This document shows, piece after piece, positions 1 to 57,308 of a stretch of 64,000 nucleotides of DNA (positions are counted from its first letter, which is position 1; each line of letters begins with the position of its first letter). The DNA is taken from contig CBDBCZ010000011.1 of NCBI GenBank assembly GCA_965203295.1, positions 448,001 to 512,000 of the forward strand. The letters run 5' to 3'. The stretch comes from Nitrospirales bacterium (lineage in GTDB: Bacteria > Nitrospirota > Nitrospiria > Nitrospirales > UBA8639). A program made the translations under genes and the position numbers. The notes under the pieces were generated by a model, which saw nothing but the letters and a program-made list of their open reading frames with translations, ran no database searches and was not told the origin of the DNA.

Positions 1-196
1 ACTTGGTGGCTTGGAATTGATAGTGTTTGGAATTTCGAGTGCATGTGCACATCCCAAAAACGATATGTGCATATTAACTGTTCTATTAGCAATTTACCGT
101 ACATCTAAAATCTGGACTATACTTCTTTAAGCAGAATTTGTTTTATAGTCAATCTACATGTAAGTAGAATGTCATTATTCCTCCTTTTTTTTACAG

Positions 197-26017
<25,821 letters not shown>

Positions 26018-26888
26018 TGTTTGTGTGCATGTCCTTGTCACGAACAAGCACATCGTTTATGTTAAACCAGTGGAACATGATAATAAACTATGTACAGGTG
26101 TTAATGACAAACAATTACTATTAATCAATGGACCAGCCCTGTCCCTACAGTACAATGGCATTGTAGTTAAGTATTGCCGCCACTTCCGAAAGAATTTTGA
26201 GGTTGTGACTTAGAAGAGAAATGCCAGCACACATGTATAGACTGTGGTATACTGTACACATCCATAGGCTCCATAAAACTGAACTAGTACTGTCCATGCC
26301 ATATACAGTATCCTTAGCTACATTATAAGCTACAGAAAAAGCACTTTACCAAAAAGTGCAAAAACCATTCATGTAGGGATGCACTTCCACAAAAACAAAA
26401 GATAATTTACACCGCAATGGGTTCACAGACTACCTACACATAACTAACAGCCCAAATTATGCAGAGTAGCTACAAATCACAGCGAAGTGCGATTATGGAA
26501 ACCATCCTGGGTAAGGAGAGATGTGAGGCCGTTTATAGCTCACACAAACATTGTAGAGAAGGCGGTTGGGAGCACTAGTACATGTACTGCACGGGTGTTG
26601 CTAGGTTTGAAAGAGAATTTCTTTGATCGTGAATTCAATGGACTCTCCGTCTCGAATTCCAGGGCAAAGGACATACCCAGAACTATATAGCCAGAAAGCG
26701 GAGCCTACGATAATCCACCGATTACCGTCAGGGGTCATCGTTGAGTGCAGCTACGTAGCTAGAGCGGAAGCGTACTAATGAGCGGGGCTTTGGGGATTTT
26801 TTATTACGTAATTTTGCCCCACCCCCTACATTCTTAGCTCGTACTTTCGTGGCGATACACAACTTCAGAACTTTGTTACTGTGCAGAT

Positions 26889-29066
26889 ATGAGCTTCCTC
26901 AAGGGTACCGCTAGCGCTGCCGCCCCGAAAGTTGCTGAAGAGGGATGCGCCCACGAAATCGAATATGACTTCGCTGAGAAACCATCGAAAGAATTCTACT
27001 GCCCGGTCACTTTCGACCTTCTCTTAGACCCCCATCAAACAGACTGCTGTGGTAACCATCTATCGCAGGAGGCTGTCGCCGAGATTAAGCGAAACAGAGG
27101 TCCTTGTCCGCTGTGTAAGAAACCCGCCTTGGAAACGCATCCAGACAAGTTTTTCAAGCGCAAAGTCAATGAACTCGGCGTTTACTGCCCAAACAAGGAC
27201 AAAGGGTGTGAGTGGGTGGGAGAATTGGGAAATCTGGATCAGCATCTAAGTAACAGTTTTTTGGGAGGGGATTGTCAGTTTGTCACGGTGGAGTGCCCTC
27301 ACTTGTGCGGTGTTTCTTTTCAGCGATGTCAATTCGGCGAACTCGAGAAACACAAGGCGGACGGTTGCCCAAATCGCCCCTTTAGCTGTGAGTTCTGCGG
27401 CCACAGAGCAACTTACAGTGAAGTGACTGGTGAGCACTGGCGAGTGTGTGAGAAATATCCTGTTGAGTGTCCCAACCGCGATCAGGGATGTCCGTGGTCT
27501 GGTACACAAGGCGACGTTGATGGGCATACGAACTATGGCTCGCTTGAGGGTGAGTGCGGGTTTGTGTCGGTGGCCTGCCCTTACGGCTGTGATGATGAAT
27601 TGCCACGACGTGACGTCGACAGTCACAAGGCAGATGACTGCCCCAACCGCCCATTCACCTGCAGATACTGCGGCCACAAGGCCACGTACAATGAAGTCAT
27701 TAACGAGCACTGGGAAATGCAGTGTGAGAAGTACCCCCTGCCTTGCCCGGGAAAATGCGGAGCGGAGGGAATCCAACGGAAAGACCTCGACAAGCATTTT
27801 CAAGTGTGCCCCGTGCAGGTCATTGATTGTGAGTTCAGCCGTTTTGGTTGTGAAGTTGGGTGTCAGCGACAGCACATGAAACATCACATGGACGAGGTTG
27901 TGAAATTCCACTTGTCCCTGGTGTCCAAGGTGGTCGAAGAACAACAGCAGGTGACTAGAGACCACCAGATAACATTCGCAGCAGTGCTTCGAGAGCATCA
28001 GAGTGCCGCCAAACGACAGATGACTGTGATGGAAGCTAGAATTGGAGAACAGGGTGCGCGGATTGACGAACTGAATGCTGAGATCAGAGAACTGAATGCT
28101 AAAATCGAAGAACAGGGTTCCAAAATGAAGCAACTGGATGCCGAATGGCGCAGCAGAATTGAAGAACAGGACGCCAAGCTCAACGAACAAGGGTCTGTCA
28201 TTGCAGAGCAACAGTGTACCATCAAACAGCAGCAGAATGAAATCGAGGCCCTAATACTAGTGCTATCCCAAGCTCTACCCAAGCCGATCAACCCTGTGTT
28301 CATCCCTCCGCCTGACTTTGTGATGGCGAACTTTGAAGCACACAGGATTTCCGAGAATCTCTGGTCCAGCCGTCCCTTCTATTCCCACATCGGTGGGTAC
28401 AAGATGTGTCTCAGGGTGCATGCTAATGGTTCGGGAACAGCCAGGGGCACTCATGTTTCTGTACTTGTTCAACTGATGCAAGGAGAACACGACGAGCACC
28501 TAAAATGGCCCTTCTGCGGAGATATCACGTGGCAGCTGATCAATCAGAAGAGAGAGGTGGAACACTTGCAGAGAACGGTGAATTTTAATGATACGGTAGG
28601 TCCACGTGGAGTTGCTGACAGTCCATCGCGACAGGAGATAGCCAGATTGGTTAGGGGCTTTAGTAAATTCATATCCCATGCTGAGCTTGTAGCTGGCAGT
28701 CAAGACAAGGCGTACCTCAAGAATGACTGCCTAAAGTTTCGTGTATTGAAAGTCATCGTCAAGAGCAGTCATAGCGAGGATGAGCGAAGTGGTCCATTGA
28801 AGGAAAGTGATGGCGAGGAAGCTCAGCTTATGCCAACTGCTCCTTTAGACACTAGTGACAGCGATGATGGTCAGATTGTGGAACATGCTCCATTGAAGGC
28901 TAGTGACAGCGATGATGGTCAGATTGTGGAACATGCTCCATTGAAGGCTGGTGATTGGGCTGATGCTCAGATTGAGCAAACTGTTCTGTTGAAGACTAGT
29001 TACAGCGATGATGCTCATATTGTGGAATATGCTGCAGTGAAAGCTAGTGACGTCGACACTGTGTAA
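26889..29066 (+). CDS. TNF receptor-associated factor (TRAF) family protein, single exon, 725 aa
   Basis: RING-like N-terminus, TRAF-type zinc fingers, coiled coil, and MATH/TRAF-C domain (WSSRPFYSHIGGYKMCLRVHANG..GTHVSV..LMQGEHDEHLKWPF). Confidence 0.95.
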   Translation: MSFLKGTASAAAPKVAEEGCAHEIEYDFAEKPSKEFYCPVTFDLLLDPHQTDCCGNHLSQEAVAEIKRNRGPCPLCKKPALETHPDKFFKRKVNELGVYCPNKDKGCEWVGELGNLDQHLSNSFLGGDCQFVTVECPHLCGVSFQRCQFGELEKHKADGCPNRPFSCEFCGHRATYSEVTGEHWRVCEKYPVECPNRDQGCPWSGTQGDVDGHTNYGSLEGECGFVSVACPYGCDDELPRRDVDSHKADDCPNRPFTCRYCGHKATYNEVINEHWEMQCEKYPLPCPGKCGAEGIQRKDLDKHFQVCPVQVIDCEFSRFGCEVGCQRQHMKHHMDEVVKFHLSLVSKVVEEQQQVTRDHQITFAAVLREHQSAAKRQMTVMEARIGEQGARIDELNAEIRELNAKIEEQGSKMKQLDAEWRSRIEEQDAKLNEQGSVIAEQQCTIKQQQNEIEALILVLSQALPKPINPVFIPPPDFVMANFEAHRISENLWSSRPFYSHIGGYKMCLRVHANGSGTARGTHVSVLVQLMQGEHDEHLKWPFCGDITWQLINQKREVEHLQRTVNFNDTVGPRGVADSPSRQEIARLVRGFSKFISHAELVAGSQDKAYLKNDCLKFRVLKVIVKSSHSEDERSGPLKESDGEEAQLMPTAPLDTSDSDDGQIVEHAPLKASDSDDGQIVEHAPLKAGDWADAQIEQTVLLKTSYSDDAHIVEYAAVKASDVDTV
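28791..29063 (+). repeat. 48-bp (16-aa) coding tandem repeat, ~5.7 units
   Basis: GPLKESDGEEAQLMPT / APLDTSDSDDGQIVEH / APLKASDSDDGQIVEH / APLKAGDWADAQIEQT / VLLKTSYSDDAHIVEY / AAVKASDVDTV. Confidence 0.9.
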
Positions 29067-29349
29067 GCTCATAAAGAACACTGTACATCGCAGCTAAGCT
29101 ACCACATCTAGCAACTACATACTACTTCTGATAAGTTGTACTCACTGCTCCACAATTGTGGCATTACATTTTGTGTAATTATAATAATTATATCAGTATG
29201 GTGTAACAATCTAGCCCCATTTTAAAGTTGTGTACAATTATTTTGTAAAGTGAATTGAAATATTTCATACGTATATGATGTACATGGAAAATGGAATAAT
29301 AATGTTAGTATGTAATGTACGTAGTGGCATATAAAGTTCCAATACGTAT

Positions 29350-29690
29350 ATGATTTTATACCACATTACATCACATCCAAGGTGTTTGATTGGAGCAGAA
29401 GCGGAGTATAAAGGGTCATATACTACGTTTATGTTTTCATGTTTTATTATACTACTTTTATGTTTTCATGTATCGTAAATAACTGCTGCCTCTGGGAATG
29501 CTAGCCCAGCGTTTCTAGGTACCTACTCCACTGATTGGTCAAATGTTGTATAAGCCGGATATACCACGCCTACTCGGAGTATAAACGCGATATACTCCGC
29601 TAGGCTGTTTACCCTCGGCTATCGCCTCGGGTAAACCGTCTAGCGGAGTATATCTGCGTTTATACTCCTCGTAGACGTGGTATATCCTAT
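29350..29690. mobile_element. Hairpin-ended non-autonomous element, Crypton-like
   Basis: ~130-bp imperfect palindrome at 29557-29687 centred on CCCTCGGCTATCGCCTCGGG. The family assignment is inferred. Confidence 0.5.
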
Positions 29691-29808
29691 ACATATACGT
29701 AGCTAAGATTAGGTAAAGAGCATGCAGTTGTGTTCTTAAAAACAGGAATTAATGGTTGAGCCTAATCCTTCCAATGTCCCACCTCATTAGCTAGTATGTG
29801 ACAAAATG

Positions 29809-29869
<61 letters not shown>

Positions 29870-30771
29870 TCACGTCACGATGTTCAGCTATATGAAGGGC
29901 TGTGAACCAGAGTGGTCTAACCCAAAAGCAAGTACTGGAAATTGTATAAAATGGACAAAACTAAAGTTAAAAATATGCGCACCCCATGAGCATAATTAGC
30001 TATGACCAAAAATTTGATATTTATATTTGAGCAGCTCCTGAAACACGTATTCCCAAGACTAATGTTCAGCCTTGAAAGACCAGTGCAATAAAAGTGTGCC
30101 CCACACCTTTGGCTTCACCCTTGCTGGTGTCCAAGGAAGTAATTTACAGAAGGTGTCTGCTATAAAATCGGGGATTACCTGATTTCTGTTTAGTACAGAC
30201 CATAGACACACATTATATGGAACAAAGGTATACCTGCTCTAAATTCATAGTGGCTAATTCTGGGACCGATGATTTGTGCAGACGTCGACAAATGGAAGAA
30301 AGATCATGGTAGTAACTTTACAAAAAGTACAAAAACCACTCAAGTACGTTGGGATGCACTTCCACCAAAAAACAATTCTCCAAAAACTAACGAAAAAAGC
30401 GACAATGCACACCGGAAGGCGTGCACCGACTACCCACACATCACAGTGCAATGCATTTACTGTGTACCTACCATCCCTACATCTGCCAACCACACCCACC
30501 ACAAACCGTCCACCCCCATACACAACAGTGACAACATCCTTGTGTTGGTAGTGGGTATGTTGGTGGTTGTGGAAGGTAGGTGTAAGTTGACTGTCACACA
30601 TAGGGCTGCTTCTGCTTTTTGTTTTTTTTTGGTGCCAACAAGACTAGGTTAGGTGCAGTTGCACTGTGACCTTAGCCCCTCCCCCTAGGCCCTCCCCCCC
30701 CAACCGGCCTCTCGCACGTGTGCACATGTAAGCACGTGCACGAGACTTGCAAGCTTTGCAACCTTAAAACC

Positions 30772-51227
<20,456 letters not shown>

Positions 51228-51256
51228 ACCGCTAACATTTGCAGCTTTGCAGTAAT

Positions 51257-51620
51257 TGTTTGTCTGAGCTGCATCTCTATCCGTAGCTACTATTGATCAC
51301 TGCTCTTGCTGTTTTGATGTTGTGTTTGTCTGAGCTGCATGCTTTTCCATAGCTACTATTGATCACTGCTCTTGCTGTTTTGATGTTGTGTTTGTCTGAG
51401 CTGCATGCTTTTCCATAGCTACTGTTGATCACTGCTCTTGCTGTTTTGATGTTGTGTTTGTCTGAGCTGCATGCTTTTCCATAGCTACTGTTGATCATTT
51501 CACTGCTGTGTCGATGTTATGTTTGTCTGAGCTGCATGCTTTTCCATAGCTACTGTTGATCATTTCACTGCTGTGTTGATGTTGTGTTTGTCTGAGCTGC
51601 ATGCCTTTTCATAGCTGCTG
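51257..51620. repeat. 66-bp minisatellite, ~5.5 copies, directly after the NudC stop
   Basis: GTCTGAGCTGC recurs at 51262, 51328, 51394, 51460, 51525 and 51590. Confidence 0.92.
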
Positions 51621-52929
51621 TATGATCATATCGTGTTGTAGTCCAGGGCCAGCCCCTGCACTTGCAAAAAAAACAAGGAAAGTCTTTTTTTGTTTGTTTG
51701 TTTGTTTTTGCGAGTGCAGGGAGGGTCTGAGGCCGAGACTAATTGTATTCATGTCGTGTGTTTCTCTCTTAATTTCAAGAGAGAGAGAAGGCTAGTAGCT
51801 CTCACCCTTACGCTCTATTAATTTGTATACGTCTAGCGACAACTGCTGAGGTTCAGCACTTAGCTCTGCCATATGGCTCTGTGTGCTGAACCTCAATACG
51901 TGTAGCAGGTTTAGGGTAGGCTTTCAAATTCGCTTCAATCGAAGACATGCATCTTTGAGACCCTGTCGGACAGTATGGCCTAGGATCCGTCCGCTAGCTT
52001 CCTCCCTTGATCGCCAAAGCCTAGCACACTAAACGACCCACATGGATCGAAAGTCAACTCTCCATTCAGGATGGAATAATTACTGAAGTTGACATGGACA
52101 ATAATCAAGAATCTGTCATGTATGTAATGTGGTCTCACTCACCAAAAAAAAAGGTTCCAGAATGCTGATCTGTATCTCCTGCATGTGATAGATGTACTAC
52201 AATTACCACACCAACAGGGAATGTAGCTATGTCTAGAAATAATGTTCACAGTGACTTGTTTGGTGAATTTTTTTTGGTGAAGGACCATGCATGAACATTC
52301 ATGGTCAGTATTTTGGTGTGTGTGTGTATGTTTTTTTAGTGAAATGTATGTATAGTTTAAGATCAGTAGCTATTTCTAGCCTCATTCCCAGGCTCTTCTG
52401 CCCAGCTTATTTTACTACGTGCGGAATAAAGCTCGACAGAAGAGCCTGGGGACGAGGCTAGAAATAGCTACTAATCTTAAACTATACGTACATTTCACTA
52501 ATAAAACACACACACACACCAAAATATATACTGACGACGAGGCTAGCTATTTCAGTGACTGAGACAATGAAACAATACATACTATTATGGTCACTACATG
52601 TATTTCAGTCATGTTTTTAGGTGTTCATGCTCAAAGTCAGTAGGTCCATGATCTATTCCAATGCCCAATTTTAATACTCATGATCATGCAGATCTGTATA
52701 CTGGGCTGTAAACATGTAGGGCTTAGTACACAGATATCAGTATAATTATAATTGCAGTCTGGGACTTCCAAAAAATTGAGGACCTAGATTACAAATCAGT
52801 AGGTCTATGCTATTTTAACACGTTGATATTATAGCTAAACTAAAGTACAGTTATACAGTTACATTACTATACTAATAATACATGATAAGCCTGCATGAAT
52901 ATCTACTGTGTAGCTAAAAGTTACTGCAT

Positions 52930-53660
52930 TCACTGAAGGGCCAATGAATAGTTGTTCGTTTCATTGTTATCCCAGAAGTCCTGTTCGTTGCTGGTATCGC
53001 GGATAGCAAAATGAAGGCTCTGCTTGCCCTCCATGTCGACTCTGAAAGTGAAGGGATTTGCATCTCGTGTCCTCTCTCCAGGAACTGCCTCGGCATCTGA
53101 ATATGTCTGCCAGTTATCAGTGGTGTAACGGACCATCACTCCATGGGGAGCCTCTATGTTTGCCACGGCAATCGTCCCCACGACGATTCCGGCACTGCAA
53201 ACACAGGGTGCTTAGTAGAACTTTCTGTTGGAGGACCTTGAGTTCAAAGTCCTCTGGATCTAGGAACAATTTCAGTTGATCAAAGAGGAAAATGCATTTT
53301 GCACTCTAGCATGCCATCGGCAGTCGGATGACTTTCCTACAGTGAAAAATGGGGTGTTTGACTTAGAACGTGAAGTGGGGGGGGGGGGGGGGGGACAGCA
53401 AACTTTACCTTCAATTGGGGTGGAACTGGTGATTCTGGGTCAGCATTAGAATGGAACACTGCACTCCCAGCAGATGTGGTGAAAAAAAAGAAGTTTTTAG
53501 CATGATCACAGACTGTGACAATGAAATAGGAGGGGCTGCGCACACCTGCGCCTCTGGTTGGTGCGGGGCTGGCAGCCTTGGCACTGAGGCTCCAGCGCTA
53601 GCAGTGGACTTGCTCTCCTATAGTGAAAGAATTCAACATCATCAGACGGATTAGAAGTAC
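52930..53660 (-). pseudogene. Partial pseudogenic duplicate of the CBM21 gene (last three exons)
   Basis: Penultimate exon has lost its AG acceptor; the terminal exon has +4 and +1 insertions; the 5' exons are absent. Confidence 0.8.
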
Positions 53661-55003
53661 AAGTGTGAGTGGAACAACAATAAAAGACAAAATAGCACTG
53701 TGCATGTGGTAAGTATATCCATAGATAATATAGACTCCGTAAGTCTATACTATCTATGGTATATCTATATCACATGCAGGAGATATAGCTGTACTGACTA
53801 GCACTCTGGAACCTTTTTATTCGGTGGGTGAACGGACCACATTACGTGATATGACAGATTCTTGAATATTGAAATCCACGCTAACTTCTAGTTGCATTTT
53901 TGATCCATGTATATACCAGTAAGCCCATTTTATCTCAGGCGGGACGTATTGCCTCCATCTCCGGCTTCCTGTGGCTAGAATCGTCGGGTTTGCGGGGGCT
54001 GTATTAGATACGCATCTCTCTCTAATGAAAATCACAGCTGCCAGCTCTACCACGTGTTCGCCGTTGATATGATGCGTACATAAATTAAACTTAGATTTTG
54101 TCCGCCCACGCATTTCTCGTCTTACGTGACGTCACGGCTGCAATAATACCCATGATTAGCCTCGTGCCCAGACCTTCCTAAAATCACGACCACCTGACGT
54201 CACCAAATACACCAGACCGATGAGATTTTAGGTCTGGGTACGAGGCTACCCATGATCAGGTCTGTGGCACTGTGCTGGGCTGTATACCTGTAAGCCCAGG
54301 TTTGCACAAATACCGATATTAAATATTTTTTTGCAGTCTGCATGGGTCCTCCCAAAAATTGAGGGCCTGATTATAACTTATGCCTATGTTATTTTAACAC
54401 GATGACATTATAGCTAAACACAGTCATGCACTATTATAGGTTAAAACTAAGACTGAGAAATACACGACAATTATAAGACTGCATGAATATCGACTGTGTA
54501 GCTAAATAAAAGTTGCTGCATTCACTGTAGGAGCAAAGAATAGCAGAAAAGCCTGTACAAAGTATTAAACACCCCTCACCCAAACTGACCTTTAATACAT
54601 AATTATTATGGTCACACCAATGTCATGTATTTTAGTGCATGTTTTTTGGTGTTCAAGTTCAAAGTCAATATTTTGTTGAAGGTCTATAATCACCATGAAG
54701 GGTGAAGCCTCAAATTAATACCCATGATCAGGTCTGTGTACTGGGCTGTATACCTGTAGGCCCGGGCTTGCACGGATACTGATACTTGGCAGTATAAGTT
54801 TTTTTTAGCAGTCTGGGACCCCCCAAAAATTGAGGGCCTAGATTATAAAAATGTACCTGTGTTATTTTATTGCGGTGACATTATAGATTATAGCTGTAAA
54901 AATTATTATACAGTTACATCACAGTCATACACTATGCTACAACTAAAACTAAGAAATACACGATTAGACTGCATGAATATCTACTGTGTAACAGTTGCTG
55001 CAG

Positions 55004-56667
55004 TCACTGAAGGGCCAATGAATAATTCTTGGTCTCATTGTTATCCCAGAAGTCCTGGTCGTTGCTGATATGCAGGCGAAGGCGGATAGCAAAATGAAGG
55101 CTCTGCTTGCCCTCCATGTCGACTTCGAAAGTGAAGGGATTTGCATCTTGTGTCCTCTCTCCAGGAACTGCCTCGACATCTGAATACGTCTGCCAGTCAT
55201 TGGTTGTGTAACGGACAATTACAGTGTGGGGAGCCTCTATGTTAGCTACGGCAATCGTCCCCACAACGATTCCAGCACTGCAGACACAGGTGCTCAATAG
55301 AACCTTCTGTTGGAGGACCTTGAGTTCAAAGTCCTCCGGTTGTAAGGACAGTTTTGGAAGATCGAAGTGGAAAATGCACTTGGTGAGGATAGCATCAGGG
55401 GTCGGATGACTTTCCTGCAGTGAAAGATGGGGTGATTTGACTTAGAATGTGATTCAGAAGTGGGGGCTGGATCTGCACAGTTTACCTCCAATTGGGGTAG
55501 AGCTGGTGCTTCTACGTAAGTGTCAGAGCGGAACACTGCACTCCCAGCAGATGTTGTGGACTATGGTGAAAAAAAAAGTTTTTTTTTGCATGATTACAGA
55601 TGATTAATTTTTTAGAAGTAGGGAAGGGGATGCGCACACCTCCATCTCTGGTTGGGGTGAGGCTGGTAGATTGGGCACCGACGCGCAAGCAGTGAACTTG
55701 CTCTCCTATAGTGAAAGAATTGAACATCATCAGACGGATTAGAAGTAGGGAAGGGGCTACGCGCACCTGCGCCTCTGGTTGGGGCGGGGCTGGCAGCCTT
55801 GGCACTGAGGCTCCAGCGCTAGCAGTAGACTTGCTCTCCTATAGTGAAAGAATTTAACATCATCAGACGGATTAGAAGTAGGGAAGGGGCTGCGCGCACC
55901 TGCACCTCAGGTTGGGGCGGGGCTGGCAGCCTTGGCACTGAGGCTCCAGCGCTAGCAGTAGACTTGCTCTCCTATAGTGAAAGAATTGAACATCATCAGA
56001 CGGATTAGAAGTAGGGAAGGGGCTGCGTGCACCTGCACCTCAGGTTGGGGCGGGGCTGGCAGCCTTGGCACTGAGGCTCCAGCGCTAGCAGTAGACTTGC
56101 TCTCCTATAGTGAAAGAATTGAACATCATCAGACGGATTAGAAGTAGGGAAGGGGCTGCGTGCACCTGCACCTCAGGTTGGGGCGGGGCTGGCAGCCTTG
56201 GCACTGAGGCTCCAGCGCTAGCAGTAGACTTGCTCTCCTATAGTGAAAGAATTGAACATTATCAGACGGATTAGAAGTAGGGAAGGGGCTACGCGCACCT
56301 GCACCTCTTGTAGTTCCGCATCAGTGGCGCCGGCAGTGCCTGGACATGGCGGATCAACCGAACTCTCCTGTAGAACATGATTAAATACAATAGAAGTAGG
56401 GGACGGGCCGCGCCGTAGATAATAGGGTGCACCTTCTGGGGTGGCACTTGCGGTTCAGATATAGACTGGAGATCACGATCAACTGAACTTTCCTATAGTG
56501 AAAATAAATAATGGTGGACGGGTGAAGGAATCAATAGACTAAAGAATCGCCACAACAGGATTAATACAACATACCTGTAGCTCCGGCTGGGGTTTCGCTG
56601 ACTTCTTGATCTCAGCACCACAGCAGCAGGATGTGAACAACTTGACAAGTTTCTTGAATAGCTTCAT
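55004..56667 (-). CDS. CBM21 (glycogen/starch-binding) domain protein. Exons 56575-56667, 56433-56492, 56299-56367, 56166-56237, 56033-56104, 55900-55971, 55767-55838, 55640-55705, 55486-55560, 55004-55414
   Basis: All introns are phase-0 GT-AG. C-terminal GTIAVANIEAPHTVIVRYTTNDWQTYSD...FAIR...FWDNNETKNY fits the CBM21 consensus; N-terminus is MKLFKKLVKLFTSCCCG. Confidence 0.8.
55706..56298 (-). repeat. 133-bp tandem repeat (72-nt exon + 61-nt intron), ~4.5 copies
   Basis: Near-identical units encoding ESKSTASAGASVPRLPAPPQPEVQ. Confidence 0.92.
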
Positions 56668-57308
56668 CGCGATACGCTTCTTCTTGGAAAGACCAAACTG
56701 GCAGAAAAAAAAACTGAAGACAGCGGAATAAGTAGCGCTAGCGACGCGCGCGTATGACGTTTAATGGCGTCATCGACGCGCGCGTGTGACATCAGTCGGC
56801 TTGAGATTTTGGGTAGGCTTTGAAATTCGACTTCAGTCCAAGACATGCATCATTATTTTGCTTTGAGATTCAAGGTACGCTAATCTGTCAGTCGGATCGA
56901 TTAAATCCCATGCCTCCGTCGGAGTGGCTGATCGTATTTACTTCCTGTGTGGTGGCTGCTTGCTTCCTATGCCAGCGTTCGATATGTTGCTGCACCGGTT
57001 TGGGGGTGGGGCTGTCAATGGTGGATGTGTCATGGAGTCATCATCCCTTGCCCACACATTATATTCATCACTAATTCACTTAGTCCTTCTCCTTCCTGCT
57101 GCTCAAATAGTAATTCAGATTTGACCATAGACTCTATGGCAACAGCATTCCATATAGAGTGATTTTAGATACTGTCATGTGTCAGTTAAGAGAGTTAAAG
57201 AACGTGGAGAACTATTGATGTGCTTAGTCAGAGGCAAAATATACCAACAATAGTATGCACGACTACACGTCATGCTGCAGGAAGGTATACATGTAGCAAT
57301 CACAATAG

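Noticed and set aside
27246..28211. 321-aa minus-strand ORF
   Set aside because: Antisense shadow of the TRAF coding sequence with no recognisable domain.
55706..56298. CRISPR-like regular array (also 31252-31530, 36805-37295, 51257-51620)
   Set aside because: Units are contiguous with no unique spacers, there are no cas genes, and the context is eukaryotic.
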